NCBI GenBank assembly: GCA_015061605.1
Contig: SUWH01000015.1
Coordinates: 2,693-66,692 of the forward strand
Reading direction: 5' to 3'
From: Lentisphaerota bacterium
GTDB lineage: Bacteria > Verrucomicrobiota > Lentisphaeria > Victivallales > Victivallaceae
DNA length: 64,000 bases
The position numbers were made by a program, and so were the translations under genes. The first letter of the stretch is position 1. Every line of letters starts with the position of its first letter. Shown piece by piece: positions 63,707 through 64,000 of the stretch. The notes below the pieces were generated by a model that searched no databases, had not been told where the DNA came from, and saw only the letters and a list, made by a program, of their open reading frames with translations.

Positions 63707-64000
63707 TTTTCGCCGCCTGTTTTCTCTCTTTTGAAGTATTTTACTTCACTTGCTTTTTGTTCTCTGGCCCATTGATTTCGCAAAGAAATTGATATTTCTT
63801 TTAAATTTCTGCTTTGAATACCAATTTGGAACTTCACCTTTTCTGAAGACAAAAAAGAAGAAAAATCACTTATGATCTCATTGAATTGCGAACCATCAAA
63901 CTCATAACCGGTAAAAGTCAGTTCGTTTGGCATCATTCCATGAATGTGTGCTTTAATATACCACTTGAGTTTGCCGCGCTCCCAAACGTAGTGCCATGGC
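63703..64000 (-). CDS. Hypothetical protein, probably 5'-partial at the window end
   Basis: ORF track gives 63703..63936. My translation stays open in frame upstream of that ATG to base 64000 (...PWHYVWERGKLKWYIKAHIHGMMPNEL...). Only a weak RBS precedes 63936, so the true start may lie outside the window. Confidence 0.45.
   Translation of the reverse strand, partial: PWHYVWERGKLKWYIKAHIHGMMPNELTFTGYEFDGSQFNEIISDFSSFLSSEKVKFQIGIQSRNLKEISISLRNQWAREQKASEVKYFKREKTGGEK

Overview
This 64-kb chromosomal window is almost fully coding, about 50% GC by eye, and I saw no rRNA, tRNA or CRISPR array. All product calls come from motifs I recognise in the translations; no database search was possible.

Taxonomy (inference): five paralogous prepilin-type / H-X9-DG proteins are present, four of them with an identical [26 protein letters not shown]-terminus. 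Together with the glycan-degrading gene content, this points to a PVC-superphylum anaerobe (Lentisphaerota/Victivallales- or Kiritimatiellota-like).

Most of the window is glycan-utilisation loci:
- A minus-strand LacI-headed locus at 1-12148, with a GH28-like enzyme, a beta-helix protein, large secreted proteins and three pilin-like genes.
- An operon at 12631-17331 (Gfo/Idh/MocA, TIM-barrel isomerase, Gfo/Idh/MocA, GH4) with an AraC regulator.
- Two duplicated TPR-protein modules, followed by an AXE1/CE7-like esterase and a DUF4838-like protein.
- A PIG-L deacetylase, a pilin-like protein and an alpha/beta hydrolase.
- A second DUF4838-like protein.
- A minus-strand GntR-headed locus at 36493-47543 (pilin-like, 709-aa protein, double-SIS protein, GH123/DUF4091-like, CBM9-like, GH20), plus a GH95-like enzyme.

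Non-glycan content:
- Lrp/AsnC regulator, a racemase::degenerate-arginase fusion, and an EamA transporter.
- A Cys-rich repeat lipoprotein next to rubrerythrin.
- A NifX-like protein with a His/Cys-rich tandem-repeat tail.
- aroF-pheA.
- An MsbA-like ABC exporter with HlyD.
- DUF374, nth, and housekeeping genes.
- An AT-richer Fic locus at the right end.

Mobile and repeat content: a truncated IS1182-type transposase remnant and three copies of an unnamed MITE. Two copies are 283 bp; one of them has a perfect 9-bp target-site duplication.

Observations I rate highest:
1. A Phe/Tyr-rich 27-codon leader ORF with mutually exclusive antiterminator and terminator stems in front of aroF-pheA.
2. A Fic gene whose RBS/start-codon unit is tandemly repeated four times. 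An inverted copy sits in the spacer of a consensus promoter, and about 100-bp direct duplications of a lipoprotein 5' end flank the cassette.
3. A PLP-racemase fused to an arginase fold that has lost most of its Mn ligands.
4. An in-frame 162-nt palindrome-bearing insertion between a duplicated FTLIEL-coding motif in a pilin-like gene.
5. The MITE family, with its strongly conserved palindromic core.
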